Shown: positions 59,659 to 59,799 of the stretch, in pieces
Layout: each line of letters begins with the position of its first letter
How positions within the stretch are numbered: the stretch's first letter is position 1
Assembly: GCA_025361065.1 (NCBI GenBank)
Contig: JANYAY010000032.1
Span: 1-59,799 of the forward strand
Reading direction: 5' to 3'
DNA length: 59,799 nucleotides
Source of the DNA: Deltaproteobacteria bacterium
GTDB lineage: Bacteria > Desulfobacterota > Syntrophia > Syntrophales > Smithellaceae
Notes under the pieces: model-generated
What the model was told of the DNA's origin: nothing
Database searches by the model: none
What the model saw: only the letters and a program-made list of their open reading frames with translations
Made by a program: the position numbers and the translations under genes

Positions 59659-59799
59659 GAGACTGTGTCATAATTACCATTTCGTCATTCCGTGCAAGCG
59701 TAGCGCGACACGGAATCCAGTATTATCAGTGAGTTCTGGATGCCGATTTTCATCGGCATGACACTATTGATAGCACTTTTGCTATTGCGACACAGTCTC
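59659..59799. mobile_element. MITE with inverted ends, containing a CGTC-type palindromic repeat
   Basis: GAGACTGTGTCATAA ... TTGCGACACAGTCTC; internal CGTCATTCCGTG...CACGGAATCCAG...CTGGATGCCGA..TCGGCATGAC. Confidence 0.75.

Overview
Chromosomal window from an anaerobic deltaproteobacterium; a Syntrophales (Smithella/Syntrophus-like) affiliation is inferred from gene style and not proven. Core blocks: the dcw cluster (mraZ to partial ftsA, no ddl) with ruvX-mltG; selB-yhaM; rplM-rpsI-argC-cysS followed by ctpA, yibQ, a TPR protein and a LolB-like protein; uup; and tol-pal. Accessory blocks: a decaying patch at 16.9-19 kb with two pseudogenes; a 2.4-kb insert bracketed by a diverged duplication of the uup 3' end, encoding an unusual Nif11-leader/PilZ/HTH fusion and an AT-rich permuted NlpC/P60 protein; a cooC-FNOR-cooF-cooS carbon monoxide dehydrogenase module with a CxxC-type D-cluster motif; and assorted metabolic genes. 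Several families of short palindromic intergenic repeats sit even inside core operons, some nested and sharing a 16-bp mini-hairpin. There is also a promoter-to-terminator orphan unit at 43.2 kb. No rRNA, tRNA, CRISPR array, integrase or transposase was seen.
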